From an uncultured virus (IMG/VR IMGVR_UViG_3300024520_000058) (lineage: Duplodnaviria; Heunggongvirae; Uroviricota; Caudoviricetes), in the IMG/VR virus record IMGVR_UViG_3300024520_000058: 64,000 nucleotides of DNA; one strand, given 5' to 3'. The stretch's first letter is position 1. The number at the start of each line of letters is the position of its first letter. This document shows, one piece after another, positions 1-7,621 of this stretch. The notes under the pieces were generated by a model. That model worked only from the letters and a program-made list of their open reading frames with translations, had not been told where the DNA came from and made no database searches. A program made the position numbers and the translations under genes.

Positions 1-10
1 TTTCCCCTTT

Positions 11-538
11 CTAGCCGAACCGACCAAGCATCCTTACTTCTGATAATCCTTGAAGCTTTAACTCTATCCACTCCCTAGTAGCGCGGTGCAACTGCATCTT
101 GCCACTATTCTTCTCATACCACAGCTTCACGCTGGCCAAATCTCCACCATGACCCTGTGCTTTACTTGCTCCTAACCAGTCACATAGTATCTCCAGACGA
201 TATGTGGGGTGCATCGGAAGGACCTTAACGCCACCATCATCCTCCGGTAAAACCCACCACTGCCAATGATGACGGTTTCGCTTCTGATGAAGTAGCCAGG
301 CAAAATCAAAAGCAGCGTCGCCGGTATCCGTGGGCTTATAATAGCCAGTCTCATCACGACCAGCTGTGATGTCCTTCCCCTTCCCATAGAAATGGTCAGC
401 GTAGGGAAAGAACTCTGACGGACGCAACTTCGACCAGTCATGGATAATGCCACGACACAATAGCCCAGAACGCCTACAGGCCAACAGGACGTACCATTTA
501 TGCCGAACTACATACCAAAGATGCTTAACGTATTTCAT
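11..538 (-). CDS. DUF5662-like (HD-related) phage protein
   Basis: Motifs RHKWYV, IIHDWSK-xxPSEF, HQKRNRHHWQWW and EILCDW. Start moved to ATG 538, which has a GGGGGAAG SD upstream. Confidence 0.75.
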   Translation of the reverse strand: MKYVKHLWYVVRHKWYVLLACRRSGLLCRGIIHDWSKLRPSEFFPYADHFYGKGKDITAGRDETGYYKPTDTGDAAFDFAWLLHQKRNRHHWQWWVLPEDDGGVKVLPMHPTYRLEILCDWLGASKAQGHGGDLASVKLWYEKNSGKMQLHRATREWIELKLQGLSEVRMLGRFG

Positions 539-629
539 CACTTCCCCCTGCGATAAAGCCCAAAGCCAGCCAGGAGCCTCAATAAAAACTGCGTGAAAAA
601 CCAACCCCATAGCCGAGTAAGAAAACCTA

Positions 630-977
630 TCAAGACTCCACCTCCGCTACATACCCCGACTCGCTTATCACATCCGTGATGTGCCTTAAACGAGTGTTAA
701 GATCCCTCTGACGCCTCGTGTAGTCTACCCGGAGCTGACTCAGAAGAGATCTAATCATCGGCACTGTCAGATCCACATTAGCCGAGGCATCTTTCCCTGT
801 TATTACCATCTCTATTACAATCACATCACCTGCCCTGCGATCAAACACATAACCTACACTGTCAGATGCAAGATTCGCCTGAAGCGTGTTCAGGGCATCC
901 CTGTATCTTGACTCACTCCAATCGGGCTGCTGTCCAACATTCTGAGCTTCCTTGCCATCAGCTAACTTCATATTCAT
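630..977 (-). CDS. hypothetical protein
   Basis: ORF in the - strand operon. ATG at 977 (MNMKLADG) is preceded by GAGGATGGAGG. Confidence 0.6.
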   Translation of the reverse strand: MNMKLADGKEAQNVGQQPDWSESRYRDALNTLQANLASDSVGYVFDRRAGDVIVIEMVITGKDASANVDLTVPMIRSLLSQLRVDYTRRQRDLNTRLRHITDVISESGYVAEVES

Positions 978-1080
978 CCTCCATCCTCGGAACGCCACAC
1001 AAGGTAAACACCATCGCACCGAAAAGCTGTTTCAACCTAGTGGTCTTACCTGAAGCTACTCCACCTGAAATTATACGCAT
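958..1080 (-). CDS. 40-aa ORF containing only a Walker A P-loop (possible gene relic)
   Basis: Manual translation MRIISGGVASGKTTRLKQLFGAMVFTLCGVPRMEDEYEVS*, with a GAGGAG SD upstream. Below the ORF-track cutoff. Confidence 0.45.
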   Translation of the reverse strand: MRIISGGVASGKTTRLKQLFGAMVFTLCGVPRMEDEYEVS

Positions 1081-1137
1081 CAATAACTGCACTCCTCTAC
1101 TATATGATTGTGTGGTGAGCTATTACCTCCAAAATAT

Positions 1138-1167
1138 AGAGTACCATAGCGTGACTACTCTCGTCAA
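1138..1167 (-). promoter_or_regulatory. sigma70-type promoter
   Basis: TTGACG-18 nt-TACTCT with an extended -10 TG, pointing into the 1080/977 ORFs. Confidence 0.5.
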
Positions 1168-1326
1168 GGAAAAAGAGTGCACTCACCGAGACCCCCGTGA
1201 TGTCCATTGCTCAATCCATCCTTTCATACAACCCAGGAGCCCGGGAGCTAATCACTCCCCGGCTCCACCTTTTTTTTTGCCCAGATCTAAACGTCAACCT
1301 ACTCGCCATTGGCTACTCCTTCCCTA

Positions 1327-1557
1327 TTAAAAAAGCCGGTGGCTCAATCGACTCTCCCCCTGAGCCTTCACCGCATAAATCTCCAGCTCATAACCATACG
1401 ACCGAAGTAAGACCCATAACGTGTCAAGCTTCGGTACCTTCTTGCCAAGCTCTATCTCTCCCAAATGACTCCCGTTCATACCAGATGCTTCTCCTGCCTC
1501 TCCCAATGACTTGAACTTCGCCTTACGAAGCTTCCGGAATTGCTCATGGTCAAACAT
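1327..1557 (-). CDS. XRE/Cro-family helix-turn-helix regulator
   Basis: FRKLRKAK..SLGEAGEASGMNGSHLGEIELGKKVPKLDTL matches the HTH_XRE pattern. GAGGTGA SD. Confidence 0.85.
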   Translation of the reverse strand: MFDHEQFRKLRKAKFKSLGEAGEASGMNGSHLGEIELGKKVPKLDTLWVLLRSYGYELEIYAVKAQGESRLSHRLF

Positions 1558-1562
1558 TCAAC

Positions 1563-1763
1563 TCACCTCTTCCTTACTGCACGTGTCAAATCCTTTACTG
1601 CTTCCACTAAGCCATCCAACGTACTATGGATCTGCGGAAAAACACCCACTGAATGAACTGCCACTCCCAAATCACAAAGCTCGATGTCAGATGCGCCTCC
1701 CCATAATACGCATTCCTCGTTTCTGCAAGTTCCATTTATCAGCGGACAAAACTCACGAACCAT
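1563..1763 (-). CDS. small Cys-rich hypothetical protein
   Basis: FCPLINGTCRNEECVLW..C motif, common in phage proteins. AAGGTGG SD. Confidence 0.65.
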   Translation of the reverse strand: MVREFCPLINGTCRNEECVLWGGASDIELCDLGVAVHSVGVFPQIHSTLDGLVEAVKDLTRAVRKR

Positions 1764-1846
1764 TCTAAATCACCACCTTTTACTTTCGCCAGCAGAAACC
1801 AGCCTTTTACCCAGGAAAACCCCCTTTTTGACCTGTTTCTACTGGT

Positions 1847-1875
1847 AGTTTATCACAAAATGATGGACCTGGCAA
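1847..1875 (-). promoter_or_regulatory. sigma70-type promoter
   Basis: TTGCCA-17 nt-TAAACT with TG at the extended -10 position, upstream of the 1763 ORF. Confidence 0.6.
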
Positions 1876-2218
1876 GGAAATAGTAACCTCTTAGGGCGGC
1901 GGAAGAGTGGTAGATTGTTTTTTCGCGCACCTCGCGGGGTCAGAACTTAACTGTGAGAGGTACCCCCCCGATCAGGGGGGGGTCGGCTTGTGTCAGATGA
2001 AAGGAAAAAGGGAGGTAAAAAAAAGACTCTAAGGATACCACGCACAGGATGAAGACGTGCGCGTCACATGGTTATCACGCAGGAACAACCACGTGACGTG
2101 GTATCACTAGAGCAGGAAGGTGTATGGTGGGATAGAATAAGTCATACCAACGGTTAAGGGCTGGTGTGGCACTTATGATACATGCCCCATAAGATATGTT
2201 ATGCAGACCAAATCCACG

Positions 2219-2788
2219 TCAAAATGCTTGCGATTGCTTGAGGTTATTCCATATCTCAGTCAACTGTTCTATACTCCAGCCGCGTGCACCCAACATAGTG
2301 AGAAATCGCTCTATTGCAGCGATTGGCGTCATGTTATCACTGCCAACATTGACATTGACGTTGACATTCTCTGTCTGATGTTTAGGCGTATATATGCCTT
2401 GTACCTCTAATCCAAGTCTTATTGCTCCAATTTTCTCATTCTTTGCCGCCTTGACTAATGCAGTATAGAATACTTGACTATCCTGCATAAATAACTCATG
2501 TAGAATGGATTGTTTACACGCTTTATATGCCCTTGACCTATGAGCATAATACACTGTTTGCACGTGTATTTTGAGTTTTTTTGCTATCTGCGCTATGGTA
2601 CGCGAAGATTCTGACATGAAGTCGTATATTTCCTCATGTAATATCAGGATTTGGTTTTTTGGTAGGTCTATCAGTTTAGTATGAGATTCTATAATATCAT
2701 CGGCGGCGGCTTTGTCCAGCTTGTTTTTGTCCAGTCTTTTGGCAAGTGTATTCTGTTTTGGCAGCTTGAAATCTTCATCTTGTGGCAT
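2219..2788 (-). CDS. putative terminase small subunit (phBC6A51-like HTH protein)
   Basis: HTH TIAQIAKKLKIHVQTVY, then the helical VFYTALVKAAKNEKIGAIRLGLEVQGIYTPK and a beta tail NVNVNV. This is the usual TerS layout. GGGAG SD. Confidence 0.6.
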   Translation of the reverse strand: MPQDEDFKLPKQNTLAKRLDKNKLDKAAADDIIESHTKLIDLPKNQILILHEEIYDFMSESSRTIAQIAKKLKIHVQTVYYAHRSRAYKACKQSILHELFMQDSQVFYTALVKAAKNEKIGAIRLGLEVQGIYTPKHQTENVNVNVNVGSDNMTPIAAIERFLTMLGARGWSIEQLTEIWNNLKQSQAF

Positions 2789-3147
2789 AATAATACTCCC
2801 GTAGGTTTAGGGTTACACCTTAATCATACCATGAATATTGACAAAAAGCGATCACAAATCGCACACATTGGTTTAGACTGTTGGTATCAGTGTGTTTGTG
2901 GCATGGCGGTGGTATGATTTGTCATGTCTGATTGGTGGTAAACACCACGCTTCGCAGTGGCTATGACTGAGTTACTGTCAATGTGATCACTTTTCGCAGT
3001 GGGGTGATCACTTTATGATCCCTTTTGGCTTCGTAGGATCGGTATTATGGCGGTGTTTATGGCATGCTTTGGCAAGTGATGGCGTAGGCATTCAGGCAGT
3101 GATGTCAACGGTTTAGCTCATGTGTGGCGGTGGTGGTTTTGGAGTCT

Positions 3148-3163
3148 TGGCATGACTCTAGCA
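3148..3163 (+). promoter_or_regulatory. sigma54-type (-24/-12) promoter
   Basis: TGGCATG-ACTC-TAGCA against consensus TGGCACG-N4-TTGCW, with exact GG-N10-GC spacing. Predicted +1 is near 3174, where the structured region begins. Confidence 0.55.
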
Positions 3164-3173
3164 ATATTGGACG

Positions 3174-4035
3174 GCGTCCGTCGGCTGATGGCAATCAGTC
3201 ATACAGGACACGAAAGACCTGCAATAGGTCAAGCGAGGTAACGACTCTACAAACAGCAAAGTTTAGGTAGCACACACGCATGGATCACCATGCGGATGGC
3301 ATTGGACACCATCGGAGCATCCTGTGGCTAGTCAGTAGAGCAATCGCCAAACGGTAATACCAGTGAACCGACCCGTAAACCTGCGGACGTGCGAAACTCG
3401 TACCACAGGTAGCCGTGTGAATAGCGGTGGGTAGGGATGGAGCATCATTTGAGCATTCGATGGTGTGCAATCCCACACGAAAAATCACTGATCATAGGTC
3501 TGCGAATAGACTTTAGATGGAAACATCACGACTTATCATCACATGAGTCATCCCATTTGGAGTTGTTGGCACGTTGTCGTTTTTCCCTGTTTTTAGAATA
3601 CGTTCCTCAGACGTTGTGAGACAGTGGAAACGCCTCAAAAAAAGCGTATAGCACGTGTCAATCAGTCAAGCACACTTGACATAGACGAGCAGACACCTCA
3701 GCGAATTAGGTCAAGGCAAACTTGACTGACAACGAAAAGTATTTTGTGGTACGCTTGCGCGGAAGCACAGTACACCTCTGATAGGCGTTCTGGCTGAGGG
3801 TAGTCGTGGAAACCTTGACACCTTGATATATGTTCCAACATTAAAACAGAATACACTTGCCGAATACAGTTAAGCATAAACTTGCCGCTTGACTGGTTTA
3901 ACCAAATCCCAGAAACCATTATATATCACACAGTCAACGAAGATATGTAGACATACCACGACAGCAATATAGGGAATAAGTGACGGAGACTTGAGTTTGT
4001 CACGTGTCAGAAAGGTTCTGGCAGTCCTGCGACTC
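3174..4035 (+). ncRNA. large (~860 nt) structured non-coding RNA, class unassigned
   Basis: No credible ORF. Dense hairpins: 3216-3230, 3277-3294, 3516-3527 (GAAA loop), 3665-3680, 3709-3727, 4005-4023. Long-range pairs: 3204-3209/4024-4029, 3321-3327/3403-3409, 3572-3578/3728-3734, 3696-3702/3793-3799, 3803-3809/3956-3962. Confidence 0.7.
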
Positions 4036-4062
4036 AAAAACACAAATCGGCGTTGGTTCTGT

Positions 4063-4071
4063 TGGTATAAT
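4063..4071 (+). promoter_or_regulatory. extended -10 promoter for the early operon
   Basis: TGG-TATAAT about 30 nt upstream of the AAAGGGGAA SD and ATG 4102. Confidence 0.55.
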
Positions 4072-4101
4072 TGACAGTAATCACCAGTAAAGGGGAACAT
4101 A

Positions 4102-4284
4102 ATGCCAAAGTACGTAAATCCGTGTCGTTTAGTAAAGGCAGAGTCACGGATCACTCGGCGTCGTTTGAAGGAACTGATCGACAGCCATGATCGTGATTTT
4201 GTGAAGTTGAGGATTTCTCAGATCGAGAGTCCTCTGGTACGTGCAGAGGCACGTAAGTATTTACGTGCCTGTTATGTGGCATAG
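4102..4284 (+). CDS. small basic early protein
   Basis: ORF with an AAAGGGG SD. First gene of the + arm. Confidence 0.65.
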   Translation: MPKYVNPCRLVKAESRITRRRLKELIDSHDRDFVKLRISQIESPLVRAEARKYLRACYVA

Positions 4285-4303
4285 CCACAGAGAGGATTGA
4301 ACA

Positions 4304-5041
4304 ATGGGAGCGTTAGCGCAGCTATTTGGAGAGGAAAGAGCGAAGGGTACGAAAGTCACTACTAAACCAGCGAAAGCCACAGCTAAGGCTAAGGTGAAAC
4401 CTGCGAAGTCCAGCGATGGACGCAAAAAGGTATGCAGTAAGTGTGGGAGCGAAGTATGGGCAATGCACACGAAGGAAGGGCTTTGCAAAGCATGTCAGGC
4501 AGTGACATCAGCAAAGGCTAAAACAGCGAAAGCTACACCAGCAAAGCGGTCAACGACGACCGGGAAGGAAACGACGATGGCACGTAGAAGTAAATTGAGA
4601 GCGTCAAAAGAGATCAAGGCGACCGACTGGCATGACAAAGAGCCTTCGTTTGCCCAGACCAGCAGGTTGAAAAACGAGACAGGTCGTTTGCTGGACGAGC
4701 CGAACCTCAAGACCTGGGGCTTGGAGATGACACGTTTGGAGGCAAGTGAGTTGATCAGCATGTGCGCTGATGGGAATCAAGCTGAGGTACGTGAGATTCT
4801 GATAAACGACTATGATGCTCCTTTGTGGAAGTCTAAGGCTAAGCCTGGGAAGTCCACGAAGAAGGCGAAAACGGCTTCCACACGCAAAGTGGAGACTAAA
4901 CCATCGAAGGCAGAACCGGCAGACCCGCCCGAAGAGGACTATGTTGCTATCATAGCGGCATTGAAAAAGAAAGCGGCTGGCCTGAAGGGAGCTAACACTC
5001 GTCTGATAAACGAGAAGAACGCCAGAGAGGAGGCTGCATAA
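4304..5041 (+). CDS. Lys/Ala-rich protein with Zn ribbon (possible DNA-binding protein)
   Basis: CSKC...CKAC motif flanked by KPAKATAKAK-type low-complexity tracts. GAGAGGA SD. Confidence 0.75.
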   Translation: MGALAQLFGEERAKGTKVTTKPAKATAKAKVKPAKSSDGRKKVCSKCGSEVWAMHTKEGLCKACQAVTSAKAKTAKATPAKRSTTTGKETTMARRSKLRASKEIKATDWHDKEPSFAQTSRLKNETGRLLDEPNLKTWGLEMTRLEASELISMCADGNQAEVREILINDYDAPLWKSKAKPGKSTKKAKTASTRKVETKPSKAEPADPPEEDYVAIIAALKKKAAGLKGANTRLINEKNAREEAA

Positions 5042-5253
5042 TGGCATTGGATGGAGCATACGTAGTAATTCACGTAAAGAGTGGTTTCAGTAGCTACTGT
5101 GAGGCTTACGGCAGTTTGCCAGAGGCACAGCTTGCCTATGAAGAGCGCAAAGCGACCTTTAACTCAAATGACGATCATCTGAGAATCGTAGATGGACATG
5201 GCTGGCTGATAGATGAAGCAAGGGAAGAGGACGACCCAAACTACATAGCATAG
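5041..5253 (+). CDS. hypothetical early protein
   Basis: TAATG coupling with the upstream gene and a GGAGG SD. Confidence 0.7.
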   Translation: MALDGAYVVIHVKSGFSSYCEAYGSLPEAQLAYEERKATFNSNDDHLRIVDGHGWLIDEAREEDDPNYIA

Positions 5254-5257
5254 AATT

Positions 5258-5524
5258 TGGAGATGGGCACGTTGTGCGGCTGCCCTTCCACACGTTAGAC
5301 GTGAGAGAGGCAAGGTGATGATATGCAACGGGCAGGATAACGACCTGCTGACAGTAGGGTGACCGACTACCAGGTACGTGACAGAGAGGCAGGTGAGAGT
5401 CTCATGCCGGTATAAACAGGCGAGCCTGCGACCGTAAAAATCACAAGGTGGGAGAGTTGGTCGCTCCCACCAAGCGGATATAGATAGCGACGTGTGGGTA
5501 TGCTGGATTCCGCTGACGCCCACA
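5258..5524 (+). ncRNA. structured RNA resembling the RNase P specificity domain
   Basis: Intergenic. Hairpins at 5258-5290, 5332-5348, 5354-5370 (GTGA loop), 5388-5408 and 5447-5471. Joiners GTGACAGAGA and GGTATAAAC flank the 5388-5408 helix. Confidence 0.55.
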
Positions 5525-5560
5525 CCAGCGCAAGTAAGCACGAACGAACGGAGGTTCAGC

Positions 5561-5695
5561 ATTTGCTCTGAGTGTGACGCCAAGACTTACGATGGCGAGG
5601 GCAAGCACAGCGTAGGAGCTGAGACACAGTGGTCAGAGGATGCTGACCCTTACTGTCCAGCGTGTTTCACTAAACTACAGGAGAAAGAGAGGTGA
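5561..5695 (+). CDS. small Zn-finger protein (start uncertain)
   Basis: CSEC...YCPAC motif. The best SD (GGAGG 5550-5554) points to ATT 5561, while the ORF track starts at GTG 5492. Confidence 0.55.
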   Translation: MCSECDAKTYDGEGKHSVGAETQWSEDADPYCPACFTKLQEKER

Positions 5696-5701
5696 GAACG
5701 A

Positions 5702-5923
5702 ATGACGTACAATCTTAACACCCACAGGAGTGAAGTGATAACAGAGCTACATCAAATCTTCCCGATGAAAACATCCTGTGAGATCGTGGATAAGCTGATA
5801 GAGCGTGGATGCCAGGCAGTAAGGATTGACATTGACGAAGATAGCGAGATAACGCTACGGGTAGGGATAATAGGCATCAAGGACTATTTTCGCTACAGTG
5901 AGGGCAATAAGCCGAAGGAGTGA
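5702..5923 (+). CDS. hypothetical early protein
   Basis: GAGGTGA SD; tightly packed + operon. Confidence 0.65.
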   Translation: MTYNLNTHRSEVITELHQIFPMKTSCEIVDKLIERGCQAVRIDIDEDSEITLRVGIIGIKDYFRYSEGNKPKE

Positions 5924-5929
5924 GCTGAA

Positions 5930-6346
5930 ATGATGAGCATCTTTCACAGTGAGATACCCAAGACAGACCACAACCATGAGTTGGTTGTCCAGGTTGCTCG
6001 GCTCTTGAATGAGAGCGACGTGTACCAGTGTACCTTTGTGGCATCACAGGGCAAGCTGCTCAGTATGCACGATTACAGTGAAGGTGGCTTTGAGGGAGGT
6101 GGGTACTATTACGATAGCTGGAGCTGTATACATGGTCTTTTGGAGAACATCCACGGCACGTATCACAGGCCTGGCAAGTTGGAGCGTTTGGCGGTGAAGT
6201 ACAGGTTTCTTGAGCAGATCAATCGGAAGCTGAATGAGAAGTCTGCCAGTCTTTGGGATGATTTTGAGCGTGTAGTACGCGAGCGTGACGAGGCGCGGCG
6301 CGCCATAATACACATGGAGGTAGAGCGATGCAAGAGCGAGGCTTAA
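5930..6346 (+). CDS. hypothetical protein with C-terminal coiled coil
   Basis: GGGAG SD; ERDEARR coiled-coil motif. Confidence 0.7.
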   Translation: MMSIFHSEIPKTDHNHELVVQVARLLNESDVYQCTFVASQGKLLSMHDYSEGGFEGGGYYYDSWSCIHGLLENIHGTYHRPGKLERLAVKYRFLEQINRKLNEKSASLWDDFERVVRERDEARRAIIHMEVERCKSEA

Positions 6347-6852
6347 CGAAGGTAGATTTGGCTGCGTTGAGGAAATGTACCAGCATGGTCTTTGACCATC
6401 ACAGGGCAGGCACAAACGGCTCTGCACAGGGAGCCATCCGTTGCATCAAGCGGCGGACGCTAGGTGAGCAGGAAGCTGACCCCTTTGGCGGCGACAGCGT
6501 AACCTATCCCATCCCCATAGCTAATAGTTTGGTGAGGGTTTACACAGAGGGGCTTGACATTGAGGCAACGAAGGCTCTTCGAGAGCAGCTTCGGGGCTGC
6601 GAGGTACTGAACAACGGGCATGAGTCAGATGTATGCACCACAGTGGGCAAGATAGCTAAGGTGGGCGACATCATCCGTCTGGAGTGGCTCTATGACAGCA
6701 ACAACGGCTACGTGAAAAAGACAGACCTTCACGTTGACAGGCTGTACGTGATAATTCACAGGCCTGGGAAGGCGTATAAGCAGTTCAGGTTTCTGGTATG
6801 TGTGAGTTGTTGTGAGGACAACTCGGCACGTTTGCTACGGAGACACGGATAG
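6328..6852 (+). CDS. hypothetical phage protein
   Basis: GGAGGT SD, 174-aa ORF, overlaps the upstream gene. Confidence 0.7.
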   Translation: MQERGLTKVDLAALRKCTSMVFDHHRAGTNGSAQGAIRCIKRRTLGEQEADPFGGDSVTYPIPIANSLVRVYTEGLDIEATKALREQLRGCEVLNNGHESDVCTTVGKIAKVGDIIRLEWLYDSNNGYVKKTDLHVDRLYVIIHRPGKAYKQFRFLVCVSCCEDNSARLLRRHG

Positions 6853-6856
6853 GGAG

Positions 6857-7102
6857 GTGATTCAGATCAACACAAAGAAAGCGATCTTCCAGTGGTGGGA
6901 GAGTCTTGGTAACAGGGAAGTTGTCAACGACCTGCCTGAGTTCAGGCGATTACTCGAACCACCCTGCACTATAGTTGCCGAAGGGATGTCAAGCAAATAC
7001 AAGGGTTTCGCGCTTGTGATCAGCAGCCCTAGATGGAAGCATCTCTTGAGGTTGTATTTTTCACCATCAACAGGTGAGTGCTACAGAATCGTTGGATATT
7101 AG
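6857..7102 (+). CDS. hypothetical protein (start uncertain)
   Basis: Fills the gap in the operon. The SD GGAGGTGA overlaps GTG 6857, so the real start may be ATC 6866. Confidence 0.55.
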   Translation: MIQINTKKAIFQWWESLGNREVVNDLPEFRRLLEPPCTIVAEGMSSKYKGFALVISSPRWKHLLRLYFSPSTGECYRIVGY

Positions 7103-7110
7103 GAGGTGAG

Positions 7111-7272
7111 GTGACATTATATTTCTACGCAGCTGATGGCGTGGTATGTGATCAGTGTTATGTTGACACCTACGAGATATGCACGAAGTGTAAGCTGGTG
7201 GCGAAGATAGATGACATGGTGATCAGCGAAGATGATCTGGACATCTACTGTCCTAACTGTTTCAGCAAGTGA
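7111..7272 (+). CDS. small Cys-rich (three CxxC) protein
   Basis: CDQC, CTKC and CPNC motifs. AGGAGG SD before GTG 7111. Confidence 0.65.
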   Translation: MTLYFYAADGVVCDQCYVDTYEICTKCKLVAKIDDMVISEDDLDIYCPNCFSK

Positions 7273-7282
7273 GGTGATATTG

Positions 7283-7621
7283 ATGGGCAAGGTAACAGTG
7301 GCGAAGATACGGGAATCCTTCATCGAGGTCAGATCTGATGGCAAGCGTCTGGGCTATGGTGATTCGGAGTATTACGAGCCATTCACTGACGATCCTGGCG
7401 GACTGTTCAGGTCTTTGCAGCGTGAGCATGGTCGTTGCACTGGCAATATGTATCAGGACGTATGGACAACCAGCAACGGGCGTCGTGAGTTGAGCAATGA
7501 GCCGCGGAAAGTGGGCTGGGTCTTTGAGAAGCGTCGCAAGTACACGGATTGCAATGAGTGGTATCTTTCAGAGACGTGGGTACATGTACGATGGGGCTAT
7601 GAACTGGAGGTGGCAGCATAA
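7283..7621 (+). CDS. hypothetical phage early protein
   Basis: GAGGTGA SD. LFRSLQREHGRCTG...VGWVFEKRRKY..D..YLSETWV is a recurring phage protein pattern. Confidence 0.75.
   Translation: MGKVTVAKIRESFIEVRSDGKRLGYGDSEYYEPFTDDPGGLFRSLQREHGRCTGNMYQDVWTTSNGRRELSNEPRKVGWVFEKRRKYTDCNEWYLSETWVHVRWGYELEVAA

Noticed and set aside
3174..4035. Group I/II intron, tmRNA or tRNA cluster
   Set aside because: Not inside a gene. I saw no P7 (GACUA/UAGUC) pair, no domain V, and no T-arm GTTCRA with acceptor stem or CCA end.
3285..4154. Short ORFs from the track across the non-coding region (3285-3488, 3437-3619, 3698-3919, 3870-4154)
   Set aside because: No convincing SD, mutually overlapping on both strands, no protein-like motifs. 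Treated as spurious.
5258..5524. Bona fide rnpB (catalytic RNase P RNA)
   Set aside because: The universally conserved P4 strands GAGGAAAGUCC and CCCGGCUUA are not present. Only S-domain-like similarity is claimed.
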